Below are positions 31,031 through 40,343 of a DNA stretch of 64,000 nt, piece after piece. The translations under genes were made by a program, and so were the position numbers. This DNA comes from an uncultured Gammaproteobacteria bacterium (GTDB lineage Bacteria > Pseudomonadota > Gammaproteobacteria > UBA9214): the NCBI GenBank assembly GCA_963773065.1, contig CAVYZN010000019.1:14247-78246 (forward strand), written 5' to 3'. The number at the start of each line of letters is the position of its first letter. The stretch's first letter is position 1. A model generated the notes under the pieces. The model did no database searches. It worked only from the letters and a program-made list of their open reading frames with translations, and was not told where the DNA came from.

Positions 31031-31671
31031 TTGAATGACTTGAGCTTCCCCTTGGTTTTTACAGCGAGAGACTTCGACTCAATAGTGACATGGCGATTCA
31101 GGCATTACACAAGCCGCTAACGTATATCGTTTATCCGCCGCGCAGATAGAGCTGTATCGGAGCGCGGTCTTGTTTCGCGGTGGATAAACCTCGTCGGACT
31201 GCACTGCCGCAGTGACGGTTGATAAGGGGATTGTAAGCCTCGGGAGGCGATGTGCGTCAAGCGGCTGCTATCGATGATCAAACTATTGCGGCGGATGGGA
31301 GGGGGAAAGCGATTTCCGGCGGGCAGTATGGAGCAACCACAGTGGGTGGCGGCGGTCCGTCAATGGGGCTGAGGCTGGCGCGGGGCGCACGCCACCCTGG
31401 CACCGTAGCAACACAACGCATTTTTAATGAGTGCCTGGCGACAGCCGGTGGGTTACGGCACAAACGACGTGCCTAACCCGCCTACATCGATTATGGAACC
31501 GCCATCGTCAGTCAGGCAAAGACATAGACCATCTTCATCTGACGCTCCTTGGCCCCCGCGTCGCGCACGGGCTCTGGAAAAGCCGCGGCGCAACCCGGAT
31601 AATCCCCTCAGCCATAGACGCCCGGCCGATGCCTGCCGGCATACCCCTATCCGTCACACGAGGACCGACCC

Positions 31672-32076
31672 ATGACTGAAGACATCACCATCAAAAGCGA
31701 CCAGAAGGGCTTGCGGATCTTCAACAAGCTCCCCTACACCCTGCTCCTCATCGCCTACCTGCTCGTCGTGCGTTTCACCGGCCTGGACATGCACGGCATC
31801 ACCGGCTACATCTTCATCGGACTCTGCCTGTTCGTGCTGTTCATCGAGTTCTTCAAGTCCGGTGACATCAGTACCGCGTACTTTCTGTCCGATATCTTCT
31901 TCGCGGTGCTGGCGGTGGTCATCGCCACCGCCCTGATGTCCTACGCGGTGTTCAAGCTGGGCGAGACGCCCACCTTCTATCACTGGCTGGGCTACGCGGT
32001 CATCATCGGTGACGCGGTATTCAGCCCCTTCAACTCCTTCCGCACCGCCCTGCGCAACTTCGGCGTGGGGAGCTGA
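31672..32076 (+). CDS. Hypothetical 4-TM membrane protein (134 aa)
   Basis: The ORF is clean and hydrophobic. No family was recognised. Confidence 0.45.
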   Translation: MTEDITIKSDQKGLRIFNKLPYTLLLIAYLLVVRFTGLDMHGITGYIFIGLCLFVLFIEFFKSGDISTAYFLSDIFFAVLAVVIATALMSYAVFKLGETPTFYHWLGYAVIIGDAVFSPFNSFRTALRNFGVGS

Positions 32077-33735
32077 CTGCCGGACACGATCGCCTGGCGC
32101 CCGGGCGCCGACGGACGACCAGGCCCAGGCCGGAGAAGAACACCAGCAGCGGAAACAGCGGATCGCGACCGCCGGCACGCCGGAGTGCGCATCCGCCGCC
32201 CCCGCCCGCCGCCACCACCACCGCCTCCGCCACTATTTGCGGTGTTCATCTGCGGCACACTGCAGCCGTCGGGATCCACGGGTGACCCGGCCGGCGTGCC
32301 CGGACACAGATCGTTGATATCCATCACCCCGTCGGCGTCGCTGTCCGGGCTGCCCGGTGTCGTGACGGACTGCTGCACGGCGGCGCTGGCGTCGACGATC
32401 CCGGCGCCGCAGAGCAAGGGGTCGCAACTGGCATCCGGGAACGCGCGGGCGCTCTGCACCAGGATGTCACGCACCTGCTGCGGGTTCAGTTCCCCGTTGA
32501 CCGACAACATCAACCCGGCAATACCGCTGACCTGGCCGGTCGCGAAGCTGGTACCCGCCACCGGCTGGTAATCATCCGCCGCCGCCACGGTGCCGCCGGT
32601 GTTGGAGAGCGCGGGCAGACCCTCGCCGGCGTCACCGCCGGGTGCGCTCAGATCGACCCCGCTGCCGGTGTTGGTGTAGGCGGCGCGGGCTCCGCTGCGC
32701 GTCGTGGCCGCCACGGTCACCACGCCCTGGCAATTGGCGGGATTCTGACCGGCGACATCGCCCCCCGCGTTACCCGCCGCCGTCACGACCACCACTCCCC
32801 GCGCATTCACCTCATCGATGGCGTCCTGCTCCAGGCGGGTACAGGGGCCATCCCCGCCGAGACTCAGATTGATCACCCGCACGGGATTGGCGTTGTCCGG
32901 CACGTTGGGAACCCGCAGGCCGGCGGCCCAGCGCAGCGCATCGACGATGTCCGAGGTAAAACCGCCGCACTTGCCGAGCACGCGTGCCATCAGCAGGCGT
33001 GACCCGTGGTTCACGCCGGCGATGCCCACGCCATTGTCGGTCGCCGCACCGATGACGCCGGCGACCCGTGTCCCGTGCCAGGAACTGCGTTCGGCCGGCT
33101 CGCCCGAACCGCATTCACCGGCGGCGACCCAGTCACCCGGGTCGGCGAAATCGGCATCGCGCCCATCGCCGTCATTGGCCAAATCCCGATCGCTGATAAA
33201 GTCATAACCGGGCACCCACCGCGCGGGGTCGAGATCGGCATGCGCCAGGATGCCGGTGTCGAGCAGCCCGATCACGACCGCGGGGGCGCCGCGCTCCTGG
33301 TCCCAGGCATCCGGCAGGCGCACCCCGCCCGCATCCTCGAACAGGTTCCACTGCTGGGCATACAAGGGGTCGTTGGGAACGAACAAGGGCTTCATCATGC
33401 GATCCGGTATCGCGTAGGCGACGGCGGGATCGGCGGCCAGACGCGCGGCCATGGCGGCCGCCACCGCCTCGGGCACCCGCGCCGGCAACGCGAAAACCCG
33501 GGCGTTGTAAGACATGGCGTGAAGTGGCGTGAGGATTCGTGCCGGCACGCCGGTTCAACCGCCCGAGCAGCACGGCATCGACCCCTGCCGGTGTTCCGCC
33601 ATCCGCCGGGTTGACGAACCTGACGATCAGGCGATGGGTCGATGCATGGCCGCCGGCATCGACGCCTGGGGAAGGCAGCGCCAACGCGGCGGCGAGCAGG
33701 ACGGCAGCAAGCCGGGTGCGGCGTCTAATCGGCAC
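32030..33735 (-). pseudogene. Secreted S8 subtilisin-like protease with a GlyGly-CTERM-like tail, at least two frameshifts
   Basis: The signal peptide and propeptide are in one frame (33735..~33545, MPIRRRTRLAAVLLAAALALP..). The catalytic frame has LLDTGI (Asp), HGTRVAG (His) and GTSFATGQVSG (Ser). After a poly-Gly run at ~32195-32225, the hydrophobic tail ..AGGRDPLFPLLVFFSGLGLVVRRR is in another frame. Confidence 0.7.
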
Positions 33736-33822
33736 GGTAGGCGAGTGTTGCGGTCAGCGGCGCCCGCTCCCCGGTGCGCCCTCCCGGCACGTCCGCTACG
33801 ATCACCCGAATCCGGCAGACGA

Positions 33823-35196
33823 CTAGCGTGGCGGGGCCTGTGGATAAGCGGATTGGTAGTAGGGTTGCCAGGAAGATTGCGGCGGATAGTAACCATAGCC
33901 GTAGCCGTTTGCGGGGTAGCGCGGCGGGGTTGCGGCCGGCGGCGGCGACGGCTTCTTTGGTGCGGCAACTTCGGCTTCGGTTGCTGGCGGGGACGCCGCC
34001 GCGGGACGCCCCTCATCCGGCAATGTGGCGGACGCCGGATTCGTCTGCACCGGTTGCGGGGCATTACCGGCCACCGCCTCCTCCTGCGGACCGGCCGCCG
34101 GTGTTACCGGCTCGTTGTGTTCCGTGGTCGCGGCAGGCGGCGCATCGGCCGCCGGCTCGCGTGATGGCGCCGCATCAGTGTCGGCGGAAGGTGTCTCGGT
34201 GCGCCCGGCAGTCGATTCCGGCACAGCCACCACGCTGATGGGCGGCGCCGTCATCTCCACTCCCGTCACCGGTCCGTTCGGCTCGATGATCGCCGATGTC
34301 GCGGCGGGCACGTCGCTTGCCGCGTGATCAACGGCGATCCAGTGCCGGTAGCCCAGCCAGCCGATCATCATCAGGATACCCAGCATGACGGTCATGCTCG
34401 CCGATATGCGACGCGCGGTTACCCAGCGGGCAACGGCAGGGATCCGCGGAGGGGTCGCGGCCATCCCGGGCTGAACGGCAGGGGGTGTATCCGCGGATAG
34501 CACTCCCCGGCATCGAATGCCTGACGGCAGGATTACATCGCTGGGCATCCCCGGAGATGCGGCCAGCGTCTGGATGAATTCCCCGGGGATGCCCGCCGGT
34601 TCACCGGCATCGAGGGTGGTACCGTCATCCTCCCACGCCAGTGCTTGCTCACCCTGGGAAGTTTCCGCACTGGCCTTGAGCGCCAGCGCCTGTTCCAACT
34701 GTGAAGCCTTGACAGCATCCAGCGCCTTGACCGCCTGCGTAGCCATCCAGGAAAGTGATTTCGCGTCATCCGGCGCCGTAGCGGGCGCCTTCGCGCGCGT
34801 ACCGGGAAGTATTCCGCGCCGCCTGGGGGGTCGTTCGGCGGCCGCCGGCCCGGCATCAACCGCGGCCTGTCCGGGGGCCTGTGGCGGTTGGCTGGAACCG
34901 TCCTTTGAAGCAGTGGCCGTTTTGTTGGCGGCAGGGACTCTGCTTTCGGTGAGTTTCTTTTTGGCGGCGGATATCCTGCCGGTGTCGGCCTTTTCCTCGA
35001 CAGGGGTCTGCTTCTTCACGGCCGCCTTCTTGGCGGCCGCCTGCTTCTTCCCATCGGCAATCTTCCGCTCTGGCGGAGCGTCAGCGGATTTATTGCCGCC
35101 GGCCCCGCCGATGAGTTTCTTCTTACTCTTGCCAGCGCCCGTATTCAATTCCTTCGCCGCCTGATCCCGCGCCTCAGTCGTTTTCGCAATACTCAT
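33823..35196 (-). CDS. Low-complexity bitopic protein: Lys/Ala-rich N-terminus, one TM helix, Pro/Ala/Thr-rich region with a Tyr/Gly/Pro tail
   Basis: GGAGG lies 5 nt upstream of the ATG at 35196. It reads KKKLIGGAGG..KKQAAAKKAAVKKQ, then the TM helix ISASMTVMLGILMMIGWLGY, and ends in ..RYPANGYGYGYYPPQSSWQPYYQSAYPQAPPR. Confidence 0.5.
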   Translation of the reverse strand: MSIAKTTEARDQAAKELNTGAGKSKKKLIGGAGGNKSADAPPERKIADGKKQAAAKKAAVKKQTPVEEKADTGRISAAKKKLTESRVPAANKTATASKDGSSQPPQAPGQAAVDAGPAAAERPPRRRGILPGTRAKAPATAPDDAKSLSWMATQAVKALDAVKASQLEQALALKASAETSQGEQALAWEDDGTTLDAGEPAGIPGEFIQTLAASPGMPSDVILPSGIRCRGVLSADTPPAVQPGMAATPPRIPAVARWVTARRISASMTVMLGILMMIGWLGYRHWIAVDHAASDVPAATSAIIEPNGPVTGVEMTAPPISVVAVPESTAGRTETPSADTDAAPSREPAADAPPAATTEHNEPVTPAAGPQEEAVAGNAPQPVQTNPASATLPDEGRPAAASPPATEAEVAAPKKPSPPPAATPPRYPANGYGYGYYPPQSSWQPYYQSAYPQAPPR

Positions 35197-35575
35197 AAGG
35201 ACCTCCGCTTTCAATCCATGGCCAACAAAGAGCGCCATCATTCCCAAAACGGGGGGCGATTACAACCCATACCCCGGCCACACGGTCTCGTCATCCGCAC
35301 GGATTCCCCGGCCAGTGTAGCGGATATTATATACAATGACATTAATAATTATTAACTTATGAAATATTTATAATGCATACTCTCCGTCACACGTCGTGTT
35401 TCCAACGTGGTCAATTGGCGAGGGCGGATCGGATAAATAATCGCGTGTTATCCCGGATAACACGAGACGGCAGGCGGGTTCCAACATCAAGGTGCAAGAG
35501 CCGCTTGAAAAATCAGCGGAGGATGGCCGTGTGTATTCAGCGTAACGGCAGCGACCGTTTCAAGGTGCCCCGCCA

Positions 35576-36379
35576 TCAACTACCGCGCACAAACAGCTCG
35601 TAGAGCGTCAGCAGGATCTCCACGACGATCAGAACGACGATATACCATTCGACGCGCAGCGAGCGTTTCGCCTGCAGCAGCTCCAGTTGGGTTTCGACGG
35701 TGCGTGAAATCAGCTCCAGCTTGCGCTCCAGAGCCAGCTTGCGCTCACGGATCTCGAATTCCCGTTCCAGCCGCACGTACAGCGGTTCCAGCTCGGGATG
35801 GTCCCAGAGGATTTCCGGCTTCTCGCCGACCTCCACCCGTCCCACCATGCGATACAGGCTCAGCAGGGTGTCGCCCATGTTCCGCCTCAATTTGCCGGCG
35901 GCCCAGGTGGTGGTGCCCCGGTATTTCATCTCTTCCGCCAGCGGTTCCACCCGGTCGAAGGTGGCGGCGATACTGTCCTCGTATTCCGCCAAGACCATGC
36001 TCTGCGCCAGGACCTCGGCGACCGTCTGCAGGCGGTCCATCGAGGCCTCGTGGATCTGCAGGATTCCGCCGCTGAATCCCTCATCGGTCGCCGGGTCGAC
36101 CCGGATATCGAGTTCCTCCGTCTCCATTCTGGCCACGCTCTCGCTCACCAGCGGGGTCAGCGAGGCAATCAGTTCGGCCTCCTGCTCGACCGGGACATCG
36201 AACAGCACCACCGCGCCGTAGCGGAACAAAACCGCCAGCCCCTTTTCTCCCGAGGACAGCGTCAGGGATTGCACGGCTACCCGCTTGGCCTGGCCCAGGC
36301 TTCTGAGGTCGAGCTGCTTACCGATCAGCCTCCCCCGCGCCTTGACCGTAGGCAACGTGGATTTTGAGGTCGCATTCAT
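35576..36379 (-). CDS. RMD1/DUF155-family protein
   Basis: The ORF is 267 aa. It reads LFRYGAVVLFDV, LAQSMVLAEYE and a C-terminal TM helix WYIVVLIVVEILLTLYELF, which is the typical DUF155 layout. Confidence 0.65.
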   Translation of the reverse strand: MNATSKSTLPTVKARGRLIGKQLDLRSLGQAKRVAVQSLTLSSGEKGLAVLFRYGAVVLFDVPVEQEAELIASLTPLVSESVARMETEELDIRVDPATDEGFSGGILQIHEASMDRLQTVAEVLAQSMVLAEYEDSIAATFDRVEPLAEEMKYRGTTTWAAGKLRRNMGDTLLSLYRMVGRVEVGEKPEILWDHPELEPLYVRLEREFEIRERKLALERKLELISRTVETQLELLQAKRSLRVEWYIVVLIVVEILLTLYELFVRGS

Positions 36380-36494
36380 CGTGTTCTTCGTGGCGAATAG
36401 TGACGATTTGATTTTTATCGAGGCACCGTCATGCCAGGAGGGTCGGTGCGTTTGTTACCGGCTTAGCGTCATCGTTGCAGACCGAACAGCCGCT

Positions 36495-37643
36495 TCACGC
36501 CGCGGCTTTTCCGACCGTGCCTTTGTTACCGCCTTTGGCACGCGCTGCCTTGGCGCGCCGTTTGAGGATCAGGGCGGCTTCCTGCCCGGCCTTGCCGTAG
36601 CGGGCCATGCGCTCGAAATCCTTTTTCAGGATCGGCATATTGATGCTATCGGTGGCGGTCTTCCCCGCCTCATAATCCACGTAGGGGTCGTGCACGTAAA
36701 TGTACTTTTCATCGAATCCGGTCACCACCACCCAGTGCGGGAATTTTTCCCGGTAGATCCGGTAGGAGCTGATCAGCACGATGGGCATGCCGCCGGCCTC
36801 GAATATTCTCTGGATCTCATGCACCCGCAAGGCCCGGTGGCTCAACTTGATCGGCAGCTTCGCCAGTTCGCCGATGAAGTCCTCCTGCACCAGGCGCATG
36901 ACTTCCTTCTTTTCATCATTGCGCACGGAATCCACGAACAGCACGCCCGGCTCCTTGACATAGACCTCGACATCGAAGCCGCGGTGATAAGCCGACAGCG
37001 CCATGCCGTAGGGACCGCAGCCGCCGTGACCGGAGGTCATGAAGATGGTGGTGGATTCCCGCCACAGGCGCAGCTCCAGCAGACGGCTGAGTTCGACCTT
37101 CGGATCCAGCACCTTCATGGCCATGAGCAGCGCCGATGGCCCGCAGGTGAAATCCAGAGTCTGCTCGTAGTACGGCACCCGGACCATGTCCGGTTCCAGA
37201 TGCGGCGCCAGCAGTTTCTCGTGGCGCAGGGCCTCCATGTGGTCTTCGTAATAATCCGGCAGGGAGCCGATCCGCTTATAACCCAGCTTCTCATAGAGGC
37301 GTATCGCCGTGGCATTGTCCTGGCGCACCTCCAGGCGCAGGTAAATGCAGTCATGCGCGACGGCGGATTCCTCGGCGGCCGCTATCAGGACGCTGCCGAC
37401 GCCCCTGCCCCTGAGCTCCGGATCGACGGCCAGCGAATAGAGCCGCGCGAGCGACGTGCCGGTGTTAAACAGCAGCATGACATAGGCAAGCACCCGTTCC
37501 TGCTCCGCGTAGACCAGGGTTTCGGCATTGGCCTTGGTCAGCAGATAACGGAAACTGCGGCGACTGAAACGGTCGACGTCAAAGGAGCGGTTTTCGATGG
37601 CTACCAGGGCTTCCAGGTCCTGCAGCCGGGCTGGGCGAATCAT
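36495..37643 (-). CDS. GNAT N-acetyltransferase fused to a peptidase C39-like domain
   Basis: The N-terminus is RimI-like (LYSLAVDPELRGRGVGSVLI..LEVRQDNATAIRLYEKLGY). The C-terminus has TLDFTCGPSALLMAM (Cys) and HWVVVTGFDEKYIYVHDPY (His), a papain-like C39-type signature. Confidence 0.7.
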   Translation of the reverse strand: MIRPARLQDLEALVAIENRSFDVDRFSRRSFRYLLTKANAETLVYAEQERVLAYVMLLFNTGTSLARLYSLAVDPELRGRGVGSVLIAAAEESAVAHDCIYLRLEVRQDNATAIRLYEKLGYKRIGSLPDYYEDHMEALRHEKLLAPHLEPDMVRVPYYEQTLDFTCGPSALLMAMKVLDPKVELSRLLELRLWRESTTIFMTSGHGGCGPYGMALSAYHRGFDVEVYVKEPGVLFVDSVRNDEKKEVMRLVQEDFIGELAKLPIKLSHRALRVHEIQRIFEAGGMPIVLISSYRIYREKFPHWVVVTGFDEKYIYVHDPYVDYEAGKTATDSINMPILKKDFERMARYGKAGQEAALILKRRAKAARAKGGNKGTVGKAAA

Positions 37644-37784
37644 AACTGGCCTTTTTGGTTGACTGATGACAGGGGGTCACCGGAACGAACCCCTGATTTT
37701 GAAGTACCCTGAGCGGTTTGCCATGTTTCTTGGCGATGACGGCGCGAGTATAGTCGCGCCGTCATCGGCTGCAAGGAGTTTACC

Positions 37785-39476
37785 GTGGAAGCTGCCTGTT
37801 TTGATACCTATTATCGCTACGATAAACTCAGCCGGGTGCTGTACAACTACGCGGCGCGGCACCCCGGGCTGACCCGGCTGGAGAGCATCGGCAAGAGCTT
37901 CGAAGGCCGTGACATCTGGCTGGTCACCATCACCAACTTCGCGACCGGTGCGGACACGGACAAACCGGCGCTGTGGGTCGATGCCAACATCCACAGCGCG
38001 GAGTTGGTGGCCTCGATGGCCGCGCTGCGGCTCATCGAACACCTGCTGAGCGGGTATGCGGCGGACCCGGACGTGACGCGCTGTCTCGACAGCCGCGCCT
38101 TCTATATCTGCCCGCGGGCGAATCCGGACGGGGCCGAATGGGCGCTCGCGGACATCCCGAAACTGATCCGCTCCAGCACCCGCCCCTACCCGTTCGAGGA
38201 AACGCCCGTCGGCGGCCTCGTCACCGAGGACATCGACGGCGACGGGCGCATCCTGACCATGCGCATCACCGATCCCAACGGCCCCTGGAAGGCGTGCCCG
38301 CAGGAACCGCGGCTGCTGGTGCGACGCGACCCGACGGAAACCGGCGGCGTCTACTACCGGCTCCTGCCGGAAGGCCGGCTGGAAGACTACGACGGCCTCA
38401 CCATCGGCCTGCGGCCACTGCGGGAAAATCTCGACCTCAACCGCAACTTTCCCGGCCGCTGGCGCGGCGAGCACGAGCAGAAGGGGGCCGGTCACTACCC
38501 GACCTCCGAGCCCGAAGTGCATGCCCTGGTCGATTTCGTGGCCCGGCATCCAAATGTCTGCGCCGGCCTCGCCCTGCACTCCTACAGCGGCGTGCTGCTG
38601 CGCCCCTATTCCTACCAGGCGGACGAGGCCATGCCGGTCGAGGACCTGTGGACGTTTGAAAAAATCGGCGCCGCGGGCAGCGCGCTGACCGGCTACCCCG
38701 CCGTGTCCGCCTACCACGAGTTCCGCTATCACCCGCAGCAGGTCATCACCGGCGCAATGGATGACTGGCTCTATGAGGAACTCGGCCTGTTTGCATGGAC
38801 GGTGGAAATCTGGAGCCCGCAACATCAGGCGGGCATCGAGGATTACAAGTTCATCGACTGGTATCGCGAACATCCGCTCGCCGATGATCTCAAGCTGCTC
38901 GCCTGGAGCGACACCACGCTTTCGGGACAGGGCTATGTCGACTGGTATGCCTGGGACCATCCGCAACTGGGCGCCATCGAGCTGGGCGGCTGGAATCCGC
39001 TGTATTCGTTCTGGAACCCGCCGCCGCATCTGCTGCAACGGGAGGTCGAGCGGCTGCCCCGCTGGCTGGTCTGGCACAACCTGATCTCCCCGCGCCTGGA
39101 GATTCCGCGGTGCGGTTCGGAAGCGTTGTCACCCGACACCTACCGGGTGTGGTGCGTGGTGCAGAACAGCGGCTGGCTGCCGACCTACGTCACCCGGCAT
39201 GCCCGCGACAAGAACCTGCTGCGCGGCATCGTATGCGAGATCGAACTGCCGGAGGGGGCGACGCTGGTCGGCGACCCGCCGCGCCGGGTACTGGGGCAGC
39301 TCGAAGGCCGGGCCGGCAAATCCTCTTCGCCCTCGGGCTGGGCCGGTCAGGCCGCCGACGTGACCGATGATCGCCTCAAGGTGGAATGGCTGGTGCGCGC
39401 CGCCGCCGGCATGACGCTGCGCCTGCGCGCAAAACACGAGCGCGCGGGCGTCGCGGCGACAACCATAACTCTGTAA
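37785..39476 (+). CDS. M14-family zinc carboxypeptidase
   Basis: The ORF is 563 aa. It reads SIGKSFEGRDIWLVTIT and VDANIHSAELV (the HxxE zinc site), and has a later H in LALHSYSGVLLRPY. Confidence 0.8.
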   Translation: MEAACFDTYYRYDKLSRVLYNYAARHPGLTRLESIGKSFEGRDIWLVTITNFATGADTDKPALWVDANIHSAELVASMAALRLIEHLLSGYAADPDVTRCLDSRAFYICPRANPDGAEWALADIPKLIRSSTRPYPFEETPVGGLVTEDIDGDGRILTMRITDPNGPWKACPQEPRLLVRRDPTETGGVYYRLLPEGRLEDYDGLTIGLRPLRENLDLNRNFPGRWRGEHEQKGAGHYPTSEPEVHALVDFVARHPNVCAGLALHSYSGVLLRPYSYQADEAMPVEDLWTFEKIGAAGSALTGYPAVSAYHEFRYHPQQVITGAMDDWLYEELGLFAWTVEIWSPQHQAGIEDYKFIDWYREHPLADDLKLLAWSDTTLSGQGYVDWYAWDHPQLGAIELGGWNPLYSFWNPPPHLLQREVERLPRWLVWHNLISPRLEIPRCGSEALSPDTYRVWCVVQNSGWLPTYVTRHARDKNLLRGIVCEIELPEGATLVGDPPRRVLGQLEGRAGKSSSPSGWAGQAADVTDDRLKVEWLVRAAAGMTLRLRAKHERAGVAATTITL

Positions 39477-39623
39477 GGCAACGTGCCGCCGCCGGATGGG
39501 TGGCATGATCGGAACACGCCTGCGCGGGCGCATTGTTATTTTTATCCCCAGCATAGCGGGATATTGAACCCCAGTCCGCTACCCTATCCAGCGAAGATAC
39601 TCACAATCGCCGCGGGTGTGGAT

Positions 39624-40310
39624 CTAATCTTCCGACTGCTGGCTGACGGCCTTGATCCCCTTGTAGGGAATGAACAGCCCGCAACCGAAATAGCGGCAGG
39701 ATCCCAGGCCGTGCTGCTGCAAGCGAAGAGATTCCTCCGCGGCGAGATCGGCCACCATCAGGCTGCGGGTGGTGAGCGGACCGTCCGTGGTGTTGATCAC
39801 GCCGATCCGGCCGGGCAGCATCTTGCGTACCAGGATGCCCAGCCGCTGCAACTGGTCCGCCGCCGCCTGCAGGAAACCGTCCTCGTCATCCGCGCTCAGC
39901 GCCACGTTACGGGAATAGAGCGTGGCGTTCGGCAGCAATGGTCTCACGACGGGTGCCGCGGTAACGACCAGGTGCTGTCCGCGCACATCGAGCCGTTGCC
40001 CGACCAGCGCTTTAGCGTCGTCCGCGCGGTGGCGCGGAACCCGGATCACCAGGCGCGTGCGCTTCGACAGATGCAGCAGATCGTCGGCGCCGGCGGGACG
40101 CTCCCAGCCATGCGCGGAGATCGCGACCTGGATCGGGTGCACGCCGGCGCCCTCCTCATCCGGCAACCAGGACAGCACCTGCGCAACCGCCTGGCCCAAC
40201 GCATAGTTGTGATCGACCGGCAGATAGTGGCAGTCGATCGGATAGACCAGATCGACCACGTCATCCGGCCAACTCACCGTGTCTTTCTTTTTACGTTCTT
40301 CCCAGTACAT
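39624..40310 (-). CDS. Cas6/Cmx6-like (type I-MYXAN Cas6 family) protein, orphan
   Basis: AGGA lies 7 nt upstream of the ATG at 40310. MYWEE..WPDDVVDLVYPIDCHYLPVDHNYAL...LHLSKRTRLVIRVP...TRSLMVADL..EESLRLQQHGLGSCRYFGCGLFIPYKGI matches my recollection of TIGR02807-type proteins, including the C-terminal Gly-rich RAMP loop. No profile search was run. Confidence 0.6.
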   Translation of the reverse strand: MYWEERKKKDTVSWPDDVVDLVYPIDCHYLPVDHNYALGQAVAQVLSWLPDEEGAGVHPIQVAISAHGWERPAGADDLLHLSKRTRLVIRVPRHRADDAKALVGQRLDVRGQHLVVTAAPVVRPLLPNATLYSRNVALSADDEDGFLQAAADQLQRLGILVRKMLPGRIGVINTTDGPLTTRSLMVADLAAEESLRLQQHGLGSCRYFGCGLFIPYKGIKAVSQQSED

Positions 40311-40343
40311 CGTCATTCCTGTTTCATAACACGCCCAGGCCGC

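Noticed and set aside
31252-31679. Short ORFs (31252-31476, 31427-31675, 31431-31679) lie in the gap between the enzyme I-like gene and the 134-aa membrane protein gene.
   Set aside because: They overlap each other, are Arg/Pro-rich, and lack an RBS or recognisable motifs. The region is treated as intergenic.
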